A stretch of DNA of 64,000 bases from Octopus sinensis (Eukaryota), in NCBI RefSeq assembly GCF_006345805.1, contig NC_042997.1, forward strand, positions 136,834,001 through 136,898,000, given 5' to 3'. Positions 11,941 through 26,700 of the stretch are shown here, piece by piece. The position numbers were made by a program, and so were the translations under genes. Position 1 is the first letter of the stretch, and each line of letters starts with the position of its first letter. The notes under the pieces were generated by a model. It was not told the origin of the DNA. It did no database searches and saw nothing but the letters and a program-made list of their open reading frames with translations.

Positions 11941-14900
11941 GTATGTCAGTCTTAAACACTGATAGTTTTTTTTTTTTAATCTATTCGAATGGCTTTTAGT
12001 GTCAATATAAATAGCATTTTGACTCGAAATTGTTAAAAAAATATTTCATATTAAGAATAAGGAAAGAAAAAATAAGGAGAAAAATTGGTTTACATCTTTT
12101 GAATTATTTATTTATTTCGATAATTCAAGAAAATCAAATCAAGACCTATATTCCCTATTTTCGAAAGTCTGAATTTTATTTAAGCCACTTTCACATGCTA
12201 TTACCGAAAACTGTTTAAGTAATTGTGACAGTTAAATTTTTATTTTACCCCAACATTTGCTGAGAAAAGTTTCAGTTACTTGGTACAAATAAGCTTAATG
12301 AACTGACTAACGAAACTTTAAGTCTAGTTATTGAAGTTATAGAGTTTTGAAGCTTTATAATCCCATCTGGATGCCTTATGTAATTCCTTTTCTGTGCTTG
12401 CACCCACTGTAACTAACAAGTTGTCAAGTCGTTAAAGGTAATACTCATTCACTTCCCATCATTACGCACTGTGACAGTTAAGCACTGCTTCTAATCGGTG
12501 TTTGATTGCAAACTGTCTTTTGTCAGCGTTATAAGTTTACAAAAATGAAATTAAATTACTTTTGCATGTTATAATAATTCACAAATTTCAGTAAAAATTT
12601 AGTACGGAAAAATATTTTAAAAGTTTTCACGAAATAACATTTAAACCCTCTTATTATGAATAAGTAGTGTTTACATATTTAACCGCTTTGAATAGTTTAC
12701 GGAGACGTCATCGATATTTACAATTGCCTCTCTATCGTGATATTCTTTATTTAGTAATACATAAGGGATTAAGTTTATAAGAAATGTCGGCGATCTTTCG
12801 TAAGATCGCCGAAATGTTTGTTATATCATTGAATTTGTTTACCCATAAGTTCTAAAAGTGGTACTTCAAGGGAAGTAACGCGTTCATCTTAATGGTTTAG
12901 CTAATTATCAACTATCTTAAATATCGCATTGATTAATACAATTATGTTCCTTTAGGCGAGTGCCATGCATTTTAAGGATTTTATGGAATTGGATATTTTG
13001 CCATTTCCCCTTAGTTCTGAAAAGCTATTAGTTTTTAAAACAGAAACCATATTAAAGAAATGAAGTAATTGTCACAAGCGAAAATAACAGATCGAAATCT
13101 AAAATCTGAACTTGATCAGTTAGAAACGTCTCTAGCTCTAGTCCTTTCAGATCATGTCAGGAGAAAATGCGAAAAGACTTCCGCCCGTTCCCACTCATTT
13201 TCTCCCAAATTTGTTTATTTTTGGAAATTTTTTTTGCCAAAAATTCCCGTTTTCGGATACGGAGGTTCCGGAAAATTGCTAAAAATCGGCATTGTGAAAT
13301 TTGCCCCCCAACTTCTTCAATTTTGCTTTTTTCCCCAATACTAACCCTAAAACCCCAACCTTAACCCTAAAACTGTAACCATAAGTACAGAAATGTTTTG
13401 AAATTTTTGTCCGAATCATTATGTCCGTATTTTTCGGCATATTTAGAAAAAAACAATTCTTAAAAAAAATTTCCTAAGATTTTTGGAAATTTTTTTCAGA
13501 ATCATAATCTCCGTATTTTTCTGCATGTTTGGAAAAAAAAAGGTTGTGAAAATAGTTTAAAATGAAGGAAATGGGGGTGAGGGTGGTAATTTAGAAATGT
13601 CGATTTTTGCCAATATTTTTGCAGATTCTTATTCCCCGTAGTCGAAAAGGTCAAAAAAAAAAAAAAAAAAAAATCTTAAGGGTGCATAACTTCAGAGCTG
13701 CAGACTGTTGATTAGGGAATTAGCTTCTCTGAAAATGATGGATTACCTATAGAAAACTATAGATTTCGTTTTGAGAATCAGCAATCTCATAAATCTTTGA
13801 CAACTGCATATAGTAAAACATTTACAACAGTGTTAGAATTAGTAATGACCTTCATGTTTGATCAAGATAATATGAGTTAAAATAATTGATGAAAGGTATA
13901 TGGACCAGCAAGAACTCCGAAGCACCTGTGAATCAGTGTTGGTCTGAGATAAATAAATAAAAATATATTATCTGGATTTTTCTATGAGTGGGAGTCTAAG
14001 GTAATTCTGTCCATTCCAATAACAGATTAGACTTAAATTCGATAGGTTGAGTGTACATTGTGTTGTAACATGAGGCTAGGCAAATTATATATAACTGAAA
14101 CACAAAATGAATTTAGAGAAAAAAAAATTAAAATAAAGCAGTTGGGAAAGTATGAGATGTAACATTCATGTAGATATAGTCTTATATTTGGTCTAAAGTA
14201 AGTGATTGTATGATGGCACGGGATCAATAAAACTCGATAATTTAATCTTTTATTCTTTTAGTTTTTTTCTTTCTTTCTGTAAAAACATGCTGCTAAATAA
14301 AAATTAATTTTCCTTTTAAAAAAATTTTAATAATATTTAATAGAAAAAATAAAAAGTCAGGTGAATAAATTTATAGGGAAAGGTATGTAGTTGTGAATAT
14401 TGAATTGCTGGAATTGGGATTGATAGACAGGGTAGGGATGTTTAGATGTTGTCAATTTGACATGACTGATTCTGTGCAGAACCCATTTGATATGGGTGTT
14501 TTGGCTCTGAGAAATGTTGTTGTTGTCATAGGTGTAGGAATGACTGTGTGGTAAGTAGCTTGTTTACCAACCACATGGTTCCAGGTTCAGTCCCACTGCA
14601 TGGCACCTTCGGCAAGTGTCTTCTACTATAGCTTCGGGCCGACCAAAGCCTTGTGAGTGGATTTGGTAGACGGAAACTGAAAGAAGCCTGTTGTATATGT
14701 GTGTGTGTGTGTATTTGTGTGTCTGTGTTTGTTCCCCCAACATCGCTTGACAACCGATGCTGGTGTGTTTACGTCCCCGTAACTTAGCGGTTCGGCAAAA
14801 GAGACCGATAGAATAAGTACTAGGTTTACAAAGAATAAGTCCTGGGGTTGATTTGCTCGACTAAAGGTGGTGCTCCAGCATGGCCACGGTCAAATGACTG

Positions 14901-17900
14901 AAACAAGTAAAAGAGAGTCGTCCTTCTTTTTCTTCTTCTTCATCATCATCATCATCATCATCATCATTTAACATCTGTTTTCTATGTTGACATGGGTTGG
15001 ATGGTTTGACCAGAGCTTGTAAGACCACAGGCTGCACCAGGTTCCATTGTCTGTTCTGGCATGGTGTCTATGGTTGGATGCCAATCACTCCACAGAGTAT
15101 ACTAGGTGCTTTTTATGTGGTACTAGCACCAATATCAATTCTACTGTGGTGGACAGGTCTTTTGGGGTACAGCAAAGCATCAGATAGCTTGGTCCTTTGT
15201 CATCTCCTTGAGATTAGCCTTCAGTGCTTCATCCTATATCTTCCTGGGTCTCCAACAATCTCAGAAATCTTAAGAGTATAGAGATGCTCATAGTTACCAA
15301 ATGAAAAACTAAAGAGTTATATTTTTTTGAAATATTATAAGTATTCTTCTCTTTCTATATTTAAGCCATTTCATTTTTATTTCAAGACATTTTAATAATT
15401 TTCTTGCTCCCTCTTTTCTCTTCTCTCTCACCCTTCTCTCTGGATGTGTTTGCTTCTGTGTTTCTGTGTATGTCTAGATTCAGTGTCAAACCATTCATCA
15501 TCAAAACAATTACACCAAAACATCTGCACTCCATCATCCCATTCCATGATGAATAATCCAGTTAAGTACGAGACAAAATACTGAGTTAAATTCAAAATAA
15601 TCTGTTAAAAGAAATAATTCAATCTGTTAGAGAGAAAGTAGTTAGAGATTTTATGTTAAGTGTTTGCAATGTATTATAAAACTTCTGAATCGGCAATATT
15701 AACATATGCTATTAAGTTGAATAGTAAATCATAATCAAAGGAGATGCAAATCTGTTTAAACTAAATTTGTAGATTTGATATAATCTATTTTTAAATATGA
15801 TATTGTATAAAGTTTCTGGAAAGTTAATTTTTTTTGTTTTGTGAGTTATAAAAAATATTTCTATTATATATCAGTAAGAAAGTGTTATTCTTCTAACTTT
15901 CAAGGCTCCTCTCCTATAGTTTTACAATAACTATAAATGTATAAGTTTTTATTAACCCCATCCTATACTTTGCTTAGATCTCCACTGCATGAATACATTA
16001 CATACAAATTATGTTAATCCATTAGATGACGGAATGTCGCAGCTCTGATCATTAAAAAAAATATATATGATAGCAATACTAACTTCAGTAAAAATATTAA
16101 TTTAAAAATAACTTTTGAGTAACAACTAATATATACATTAAATTTAATATGATTTCATTGTCCCATTTTATAGGCAAGTTCTGATGAGGACATTGATATT
16201 GAAGATGATTCATCTCCTAAAGAATCTGACTCAAAAAAAATTAGTATGCTGCAAAAAGGTTGCCATAGTGCAAAAGACTGGCAACGATGTGGGGATGATT
16301 TTGCTCACTTGACTACTTTTAAACACAAAAGAAAAAAGAAAAGAGCACAGAATGTTTCTTTGGTTTCTGAACATAAAGATTTCGAAGAAAGTATAGGTAA
16401 GTAATATAATTTGTTAAAGCAGTTGATTACTGCCTACATTGTTACACTCTCGGAGTGGTTGGCATTAGGAAGGGCATCAGCTGTAGAAACTCTACCAGAT
16501 CAAATTGGGGTCTGGTGCAGCCATCTGGTTCGCTCGACCTCAGTCAAATCGTCCAACCCATGCTAGCATGGAAAGTGAACGTTAAACAATGATGATGATG
16601 ATCGTATCAATGCAGTCACTAGTTTAATTTCCTTTTTCTCCATATCTACATGAGTTGGGTATATTTGTAAAAATTGCAAGTCTTGATTTCCAATACAAGC
16701 CTGTGATGTAGTTGAGTTACTGACAACTAAACTGGTGCTTCATATATCCTAGCATGGAGGATTGCTAGAATCTGGGCAGGATGGAACATGACCTGTTGGG
16801 AAGATGGATGAAATAGGGTTAATGACTTTCTAGTAAAAGTGCACAGTGACACAGAAATACTCAAGATGATGGATGAGTATGCAATAAGACCCTTTGAGAG
16901 CAACAGAGCACTAGTTCTTATCAAAATATCTGTGTAATTGAAGAAAACTGATGCAAAACCTAATAATCATTGTTTCTGGTCATCTTAATCAATGTTGGGC
17001 CATTGGGAGGAAGGCTGTTCTCTCTGGAAAGTGAATGTAGTTCTGTGCACCCTGCATTCACTGTAATTGATTTCAGGCATAAGAACCACAAACAGATAAT
17101 AGATCTTTGATAAGTAATCATCATTAGCTTAATAGTGAAAAACTGTAGTTTCCTGGTTTGTGTCACCCAGATGACAGCATTTTCTATTGCTCTGCTCTTT
17201 AAGAATGACCGTCGGTGGTTAAGCAGTGGCAAGAGGTGACTTTCACCATATAAATATGTGTGTGTGTGAATGTATGTAAATATAGTTATCTCAGTGTGTA
17301 TGTATGTGCATAGTTATATATGTCAGTATATTTATGTCATGTAAGTATGTATTTATTTACTTGCATATGTTTATATAGTTATGTATGTATGTGTTTGTAT
17401 GAAAGTTTGTTTGTGTGTATTAATATATATATATATGTAGTTTCTTACCTAATTTATGTAAAAAAAAGAACTGACTGTTCAGTTATTTTAGACTAAGATT
17501 ACACACATATTAGTCTCACTTTTTCTCGATTCTGTTTGTTAGGACATGAAATCCATTCACATTTTGATGTAATTGTGAATTTGGAGTTTGTATTACTATG
17601 AGAGATGTTGTGAACAGACACAACTATTTGTTACTGTTGCTTGTTGTTTAAGTCCTAGGTCTGCACTTTTCAAGCAGACCTATGATCAAAGTAGATCCAG
17701 CTGTGACCATCCTGTCTTTTTTCCAGACTTAGTGTTTCTAGAACTACATTATATTATCAAGTGTGTTCTTCATTTCTCAAGATGGTGAATTTAATGGGTG
17801 GATAGCTGCTATTCCTAGCAGTTTAAGTAATAGCACAGAAGTTTCATCATTGGTTTGTACTGTATTATTTTAAAGATCTATATAGTCTACAAGTTCAGCA

Positions 17901-20749
17901 GCTTATGAATTAACCACAATGTTAATGTAAATGTATTTGAGATTATAGGCTCCACTTTAGACAGAAAGGAGAAATAGACCTATTGAAGGGTCTTGTGCCA
18001 TATATCAGTTATTTGTCAGGTAATTGCATTTTTTTTATTAGACTACACGATACCTGCCATTCTGTTTCCCTAAATTATATGTTATAATTTCTACTATTAT
18101 TTTTCTATACTATTTTAAATCCATAAGATAATTTGTTATTCACTTAGCACAAGCATGACAGACTACTACTATAATGTAGAATGTCCTGTCAATGGGCCTA
18201 TTTTTGTTTTGTCTGAAACTGGTGTTAATTATGTCTGCTGTCAAGTTATACACCTGTTTTGAGTAAATATATTTAATTTTTGTGCTCAGTTTAATAAGCT
18301 CACCTAATAATGCCATATTTAGTAAAATGAATAAAACATCGTATTTCAGAATTAAGTCAAGAGGATATAATATGGAGTTCCAGTGATGAAGAATCAAATT
18401 GTGAATTAATACCTTCATCCAAACGTTTCACAAAAACAGAAGAAAAACTGCCAAAATTGACTGCTGAAACATCATCTAACTTCTGCTGGCCCACTAATAT
18501 TAATGATCACGCCAAGTAAGAGTACTAATTTATTCATAATTGTCATTCTCTTACTTTTTGTAATTCATTTGTAGAGATAGGCAACAAGGTAAGCTGCCAA
18601 AGCATAAGGATGAAGGTGGTGGGTTCTTTTTCCTCTTTCCTGTTCTTTTCTCTCATGCACCTTAATTGTCAAACCTCACAAGTCCCAGTGGCATGAAAAA
18701 ATCACCCAGTACACCTTGTAATATGATTGAGTTAGGAAGGGTATCCAGGTGTAGAAAACATGTCAAAGCTGACACTGGAGCTTTGTGCAGCCCTACCGTT
18801 TACTAGATCCAGTCAAACCATCCAAACCCTGTCTCTATGGAAACTGGACACTATATGATGTTGATGATGATATATAATACATAAATGGTAATTTCTGTCT
18901 GTCTGTCTGTTACCATCTTGCTGCCTACACCAGTGAACCAGTCTTGATGAAACTTTGCATACATGTTAAACTAACATCCAGTTGAATTATAAACTAATTG
19001 GATTTCAATAAAAATCAATAGCCATCTACTGATATGAATTAAGTAAGGCTTCTGTAAGGCTCAAACATGCACTCCTTCATGTAAACAGCATGCAACCTTT
19101 ATAAGAACAACTCATAAAGCAATTCTACATGCAGTGCTCATATGTCATGCTAAGGTCACATTAAGGACATGGTCAACAGCAGGATTTGTGGATAGAACAT
19201 GAAACAGTGTAATGACCAACAGCTGGAAGTTGGTTCGCCATGAGATTAATTTGATGAATTAAATCCAAATTACTGTAACATCTTAATCATTTTTATTGTG
19301 CAACATGAAATGCAGCCATGCTACAATAAGCAACAACACCTGCTACAATACACGAACTATTTGTCATTGTATTTGTAAATCTATTTATCTAATTTATTTT
19401 ACTCAGATGCATATTCATTTGTTAAAATAATATAGGGACATTCCTTATTCACCCACTAATCGAATTAATAGTTTGTAATATCTATTTTTAGCAATAAACT
19501 ATTACCATAAATAATGAGTTGGGCATAAAGACAGGAATTGAAGAGGAAACAGGATAGGACATAGAACAGTGTATTGGTGAACAGGAAGTGGGAATAACCC
19601 CCGCTTTCCTGGTATTACTGGTCAACTCATTTATTTTACTCAGGTGCATATTCATTTGTTAAAATAATATTGGAACATTCCTTATTCACCCACTAATCAT
19701 ATTAATAGTTTGTAATACCTATTTTTAGCAATAAACTATTACCATAAAGGTTAATATAATATTTAATGGCTTAATTGCACCCAACTGATTCTAAAATTTA
19801 TATATTGAATAGGATTGTGGATAGGAATGGGAACAGAACTAAAAAATGAACTGGACAGGGAATGGGATAGGACATGAAACAGTGTGATGGGAACAGGAAC
19901 TGGAAATAACCCCTGCTTTTCCTGGTATTACTTTACCAGGTAATTCAACTAGTATATATATATGCAACCAAGACTGTTCTGTACAGTTGTTCTTCACAAG
20001 TTCTTTATCTTCTACAGATGATTTCATGCTAGTCATTATAAGAAGGATAGCCATTATAATAGATATGTGTGTGTGTGCATCATCATCATCATCGTTTAAC
20101 GTCCGCTTTCCATGCTAGCACAGGTTGGACGATTTGACTGAGGTCTGACGAACCAGATGGCTGCACTAGACTCCAATCTGATCTGGCAGAGTTTCTACAG
20201 CTGGATGCCCTTCATAACGCCAACCACTCCGAGAGTGTAGTGGGTCCTTTTACGTGCCACCGGCACAAGGGCCAGTTAGGTGGTACTGGTAATGGCCATG
20301 CTTGAATGGTGCTTTTTATGTGCCACCTGCACAGGAGCCAGTCCAGCAGCACTGGCAACGACCTCGCTCAAATGTTTTTTGCACGTGCCACCAGCACAAG
20401 TGCTAGTAAGGTGACGCAGGTAATGATCATGCTCGAATGGTGTTTTTATGTGCCATCGGCACGGAAGCCAGCTTGTTGCTCTGGCAACAATCTCACTTGT
20501 ATGGTACTCTTAGCGCTCCTCTAGCACGGATGCCAGTCATAGAATTTGATTTTGATTCTGATTTCACTTGCCTCAACAGGTCTTCGCAGGCAGAGTTTAG
20601 TGTCCAATGAAGGAAAGGCATGCATAAGTGGACTGGTTACACCCCGGCATAGGCTACAAGGTTATTGTCTCACTTGTGCTTGCCGAGTCTTATCAAGCAC
20701 AGCATATTTCCAGAGGTCCCGGTCACTAGTCATTGCCTCGGTGAGGCCC

Positions 20750-20799
<50 letters not shown>

Positions 20800-23700
20800 T
20801 ATACTTCTTGATTTAAGGATGGGCTGTGAATTGAGAATATTTTCAAACTCTATCTAACAGGTTGAGCATCCATGCAGAAGCTTTCTCCTTGCTCAAAGTA
20901 AACTTTGTGGTGTATTTTCAATTGTATTTTGTAATTCTTTTGTTAGTGTCAAACATGAGAAAATCAGAAAAAATGTACAGAGGAACCTGATTTCTAATTT
21001 TGGTCTAAAGAAAGAAGATTATGAAAGTAGTAAATTGCCCACTAATGAAATCTCAGTTACCAGTTTAGTAGACCAACAAAAGAAACAGAAAGAAGAAAGC
21101 CATATTAAAACTGTGTCAACAACTAATACAAGCAATTTGCAATGCCAAGTAATTATGAATATTTGTTTTATTTATATGAGAATTAAAAAGAAATTGACTT
21201 TTCTAAACAGTTGATATCCACTTGTTTCTTTTGACTTCTGACATAAAACAATAGTTAAGTCACTTGCATCCTTTATAAATTTGGTTGTTTATTTCAGTAT
21301 ATTGGTGGGGCTGTATCTACCCAAAATATATTAAGACTAAATTTAACCTAATATGATTTTAACTCAGATCTATACTATGCCAAGTCATACACACACACAT
21401 GCACAGATACAGACATTATTTGTTCTTGAATTGTTTCTTATGACATTTATTACAAAATGTATAAAATCTTAAAGTTGTACTTTTCAAATCAGGTCACTCA
21501 ATTGATTTATTGAAAATTGTCCAACTTTCTTTTTACAAGTTTGTCAGAAGCAGGTCAATGCTCATTGAACTTTGAAAGCCCTCTTCAGACTGGAGAGGTT
21601 GAAGCTTGAATGTCCAGCCTGAATATTTGCTGGAAAGATGTGGGTTGATAATATATCAAGCATTTAGTTTCTCTGTTGATAGCAGAGTAAATTTTGCTAA
21701 AGCTGGTGATTTTTAACTTGGTGTTGGGTTAAGCATACCATGCAAATGTCAATAAACTTACCTCTTTTGTGTTGTAGTTTAGTTTTTTATGATATTGTCT
21801 TGTTCTTACTCTATATTCTCATTTATATCCATATTTCTAGAGTGGTGTCACTATTGAAGATTTTCCTTCAGATGAAGAAATCAGTTCCATTGAAGAATTA
21901 TCACCACCTCCTTCTAAAAAGAAAAATGTAAGTTTTTTTTAACTAATGTGCTAAATTTTTATTAGTATGGTCAAGTTTTATTATTGTCACTTTTATTATC
22001 ATCATCACTGATATTACTACCAAACCATCATCATCATCATTATCATAATCTTTCATTTAATATCCATTTTTCTATTCTGACATGGTTTCTGTGAGTTTGC
22101 TGTATAACTTATTCCCTTTCATTTCATTCCTGAATCATTTCATCTTTCAAGCACAACTTTCACATGCTTGATGCACTACTTCCTCTCATGTCTTTCTTCA
22201 TTTAACCCAACTACAGATATCCTCCACCATCAAAGTTCTTTATTTAGCATGTATCCTCTGTTCTCACTCCATCACAACTATCTCCTTTACATGCATCAGC
22301 TAAATCCTTTGATTCCCATTTGCTTCTTCATCTCACTTGCAATTAGCCAACAGGGTCATTTTTTTCTGTTTGTTCTAAAATCTTCCATGCATATCATCTG
22401 TTTTACACATAATTGTTAAGTTTTAAAAAATTATTCAGATTTCCTTTTTTGGTGCTGGGTAGAATTTTATTTAGGTTGTATAAACATATGTGCCTGGCTC
22501 AGTGGTTAGAGTGTTGGGTTTACAATCATGAGGTTTAAGTTCAATTCCTTGACTGGGCTGTGTGTTGTGTTTTTGAGCAAGACATTTTATTTCATGTTGT
22601 TTCAATTCACGCAGCTGTAGAAATGAGTTGCATCATCACTGATACCAAGCTGTATCATCCTGTGCCTTTCTCTCTGACAACATTAGTGGTGTGGAGAAGG
22701 GAGAATGGTATGCATGGGTGATTGCTGGTCTTCCACAGATAATCTTGCCTGGACTTGTGTTGTGGAGGCGAATTTCTAGGTGCAATCCCATGGTCATTCA
22801 TGACTGAAGGGAGTCTTTCCTCTTTACCCTTTTTTATAATCATATGTGTACTTACATATATAAACATATGCTCATATGCACACACACACATATATATATA
22901 TATATATTTTTTTTTCAGACAACTAATTCTGATATCTCTCCTGAAATTGGAATATCTTCTTGGAGCTCATCTACTCAAAATTCCCAGGCTGAGATACGCA
23001 AAAAGGCTAGTAATTGGGTTGAAATTATAGAAGTATCTACTCCTACGAAAAATCAAGGAGAGGTTTCTGAACGCCCTAAGATTCAACCAGAAATATCAGA
23101 GCATGATTCAGCAAAAAAGAAGCGTAAATATGTCAGGTTGGTGTTATGTAACTACTGTTTTCTATTATGTGGATACTTTGAGTTTTCTATGTTGAGTAAA
23201 TCATGGTAGAGTAAAGGCAAATTGATTCAGTTAATTCGTTCTGAGCTCTAAATTATTGCACTGAATACAACAAATAGGATTTGAACCATTAACAAAAGTT
23301 ATTCTAACTTTTGGTAAATAACATGCTTATTTATTTCTCTTCTCAATGTTTATATCCATTTTCTCATACTGTCATATAGATAAAACGGTTTTGGTAAATT
23401 TGGGGATTTGCCTATTGTTGGAGCTGAGTAATTTTTTTAACTGCTAATTTCAGATTGACGAGATGAGATTGAAAATTTTTTTCTGTAAGGTACACTGAAG
23501 CAAGCAAAATTTTGTGTCTTGTACAGGATTATTCTGCAATGTTTGAACTCAATTTTGTGGTCCAGACAACATCTTATCTCACAATGGCCACATTGTGGTC
23601 AGTTAATTTGTAAACAAAAATAATATTCTTTACTGTCTGACCCTCAAACGAGATGGGTTATCACCCTTAGATGGATCCGGTCAGCAAAATCTTATGGTCC

Positions 23701-26700
23701 TAACTGACGCACAAGGAATCTTCACCCTTAGGTTGGTTCCAGTCAGCAAATATTCTCTACAGCCCTAATCAACTAATAGGGATCCCATGCCTGCAGCAGG
23801 TAGTGTCTAAATGCAGACAGGAGCTATATTTTTTGTTTCTGGAGTTTAAGGGCCTCCTTGGGTCAAGCAAGTCTTTAAGGATCCTTACCTGCTCTGCTGT
23901 GCAAAGCTTGCATTATCTGGTCCCATTTATATAGGATTCTAGTCACTCTATGAGCCTCCATTTAATTTTGTACGGTGTTCTTTTGTCCTTAAGGCACCAC
24001 ACGTGACTAATCAGGGACATGACATATATGATCCACTCATGGTATATCTATGTATATATGTATGTATGTATATACACTTGCACACAGTGTGTTCCTGTCA
24101 AATCTTTTCCTACAACATATCTTCCTAACAAACCCCTCCATTCCATCTCCCACCCTCCTTTACAGTCTCACAATCTTACCCACCCATTCACCCAATGCAA
24201 CCCTTGCATCCACTTCACATATATACTCTTTGTGAGACTGTAAAGGAGGGTGGGAGACGGAATGGAGGAGTTTGTTAGGAAGATATGTTGTAGGAAAAGA
24301 TTTGACAGGAGCACACTGTGTGCAAGTGTATATACATACAGTCAGAAATTTCTGAGTAGCTCTTCATTTCTTTATTTTCTTCCATTATTAATCCATTTAT
24401 AATTTTCTTCCTTTGTGTTACTTCTAAATTCCAGTAATGGTCTTGCAGCTAAATTGTTACGTTTCCAAGCTCGATCAAGAGTAGATTCTAATATTAGGTA
24501 CTACCAACAGAACAGCAAATGGAGTGGTATTTATTTATTTCACTATCTTTCTCTTTACCTCATGTTAAAAATATTTGTTGGGCCGGGTGAAATATTTTGC
24601 TATATTGATACTGATTTAAAAGCTGCTAAAGAAGGAAATAATGAATATATTTTTAAGAATATGCACTTTTTTCCAGTTCACAATTTTCACTGCTTTAGTT
24701 TTGTAGTATTTTGCAGTGTTAGAGCAGGCATAATTTTTTCAGTTGCTTTTAGATTCATTGATGTTGGGAAACATTTAATTGGTTCTTCATGAATCTTTTG
24801 ACTGGCACAAATGGATTTTGCTTTTCTTTTTGAACAATATCTATTTTACTACAGAAAGCAGATACATCCACTCAAATTTCATTACCCTTAACTGTACAAA
24901 GCAATTTTTTGTACCAGTCTATCTTTTGTTGAGGAATGTCATATTTGAAACTGTTTTCTATTGAGATATTGTTGAGTTTATTGAGGCAATGTGACTTGTA
25001 GAAAATACCAATTCTATATATTTGGGAGAGTGGGGTGGGGGTGGGGGGTTAGGTATTAACATTATTACTGGAATAACCTTGAAATTTAATTTTACTGTTA
25101 AAGGGTTAAAATACTTGAGTGTGGTTGGAAGGCACTTTGGTTGCTATTTCTAGTAGAATGAGTTACTGTGTAAAGCTACCCTATTGGCTCATTGAATAGT
25201 TAATATATGCCATATGCATCAAGTTAGTAGAAAATTGTTAAGGTACACTTAGTAATTTTTTGGTATCTGTAATACAACTGATAGTCATCATGTGGGTGAT
25301 TCTTAGAAGGAAGAAATTAACTTTATTTAATCTAAGAATATTAACCAAGACATAGTGAAGTAAACAAGACATGCTTAGTTATAAGTTATTTTTATTTTCC
25401 TGTAATAAAAATGTATTTTATATACTTGTCTTTGAAATTTTTTTACCTTTTCACACGCTTGTTACTTTATGACAATCAACATTATTTGGTTTATTTATTG
25501 CAGAAATATTCGTATTTCTTCTATTGAATAGGTTGTTCTGAAATGCTAACAGTATCTATAGAGAAAATAACTCACCAGTATGGTATAGTTAATGCCATGT
25601 GTGTTCCAGGAACCTACTCTGAGAAAAAAGAGTGGATACCAAACTCAAATAACAGCCATTGCACAGTATTGTTTAGCTATACTAAAGCAAATGATTTGAA
25701 ACTCTCTGTTGGATCGCTTGTCCAAATATATCCACCTTGGTAAGTTATTTGATTTATCTGTTATTTGTATTTGTTTCCTCATTGTCACTGCCTCCTCCTC
25801 CTCCTTCTCCTCTTCTCTTTCCCTCCTCTGGTGTTGTTGTTGTTGTGCTTGAAGACTGATCTTTGGATGATGAGCCTCACAAAAGAGGCTTATCATTCAA
25901 AGGATCACATTAGCAACATGCAGTGTTAGGGAAGACCCATTTACTTATACAAACATGGTGTAATAAATGTTAAAATAATGGTAGTGATGGAGGCTGAAAG
26001 ATATATATCTACATTTGAGCCTATTGCCCAGTATACCCTGTTTAGTCTCTATCTTATGTACCTTGCATTTCTACCTATTGTCCAATAAATTCCCTGATAA
26101 TCCTCCATCTTCACTTTGATATTCTCTCATCTCTGCCTTATCTTTTTGTTATTCATTCTCTCCTCACTCACCCTCTCTCTTATCCACTATACCATCACTT
26201 TATTTCACCCATTTAAAATATCTACATAATATTTGTCTCATTATGAGACAATATTGAGAAATACTGAAGCTTTCCATTGTTCTGATTATGTATTTAGATC
26301 TACACTGTTTTTCAATCATATTGATCTCCAATTGAAACAGTATAAATGTAAATAATAAAAATAATTTTTTTTTTAAAGATGAGGTTAATAGAACAAAAAT
26401 TTATAAACTCATCAATTCATCTATATTATCTAATTTCTTTTACCCTTTGGTTTTTTATTTTGATAGGCAGGAACTAAGTTTAAGAGCTGACTGTGGAAAA
26501 GTTTTGTTGTGTACTAACCACTGCCACAAACTTGAGGTACCAATTGAAAGAACCAGCATAGTTCAAACTGATCCAATCCATGCTGACCAACAACAAGTTC
26601 ACTGGGCTTTGACTTGGAATTGCCCTTGTTCTTCATGTATGTAACATGAGATATGTTTCTTTCAATAACTAGTAATAATATATTCCTTTGAAATATTTAG

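Noticed and set aside
13690-13880. Possible additional SPIDR exon (short open frame ENDGLPIENYRF...)
   Set aside because: Ends in a stop, has no convincing splice pair or SPIDR motif, and exons 1 and 2 already join in phase
20242-20520. CRISPR-like repeat-spacer appearance of the GGTGCTTTTTACGTGCCACC boxes
   Set aside because: Spacers are homologous to each other, the array is part of an RTE 3' UTR, the context is eukaryotic and there are no cas genes
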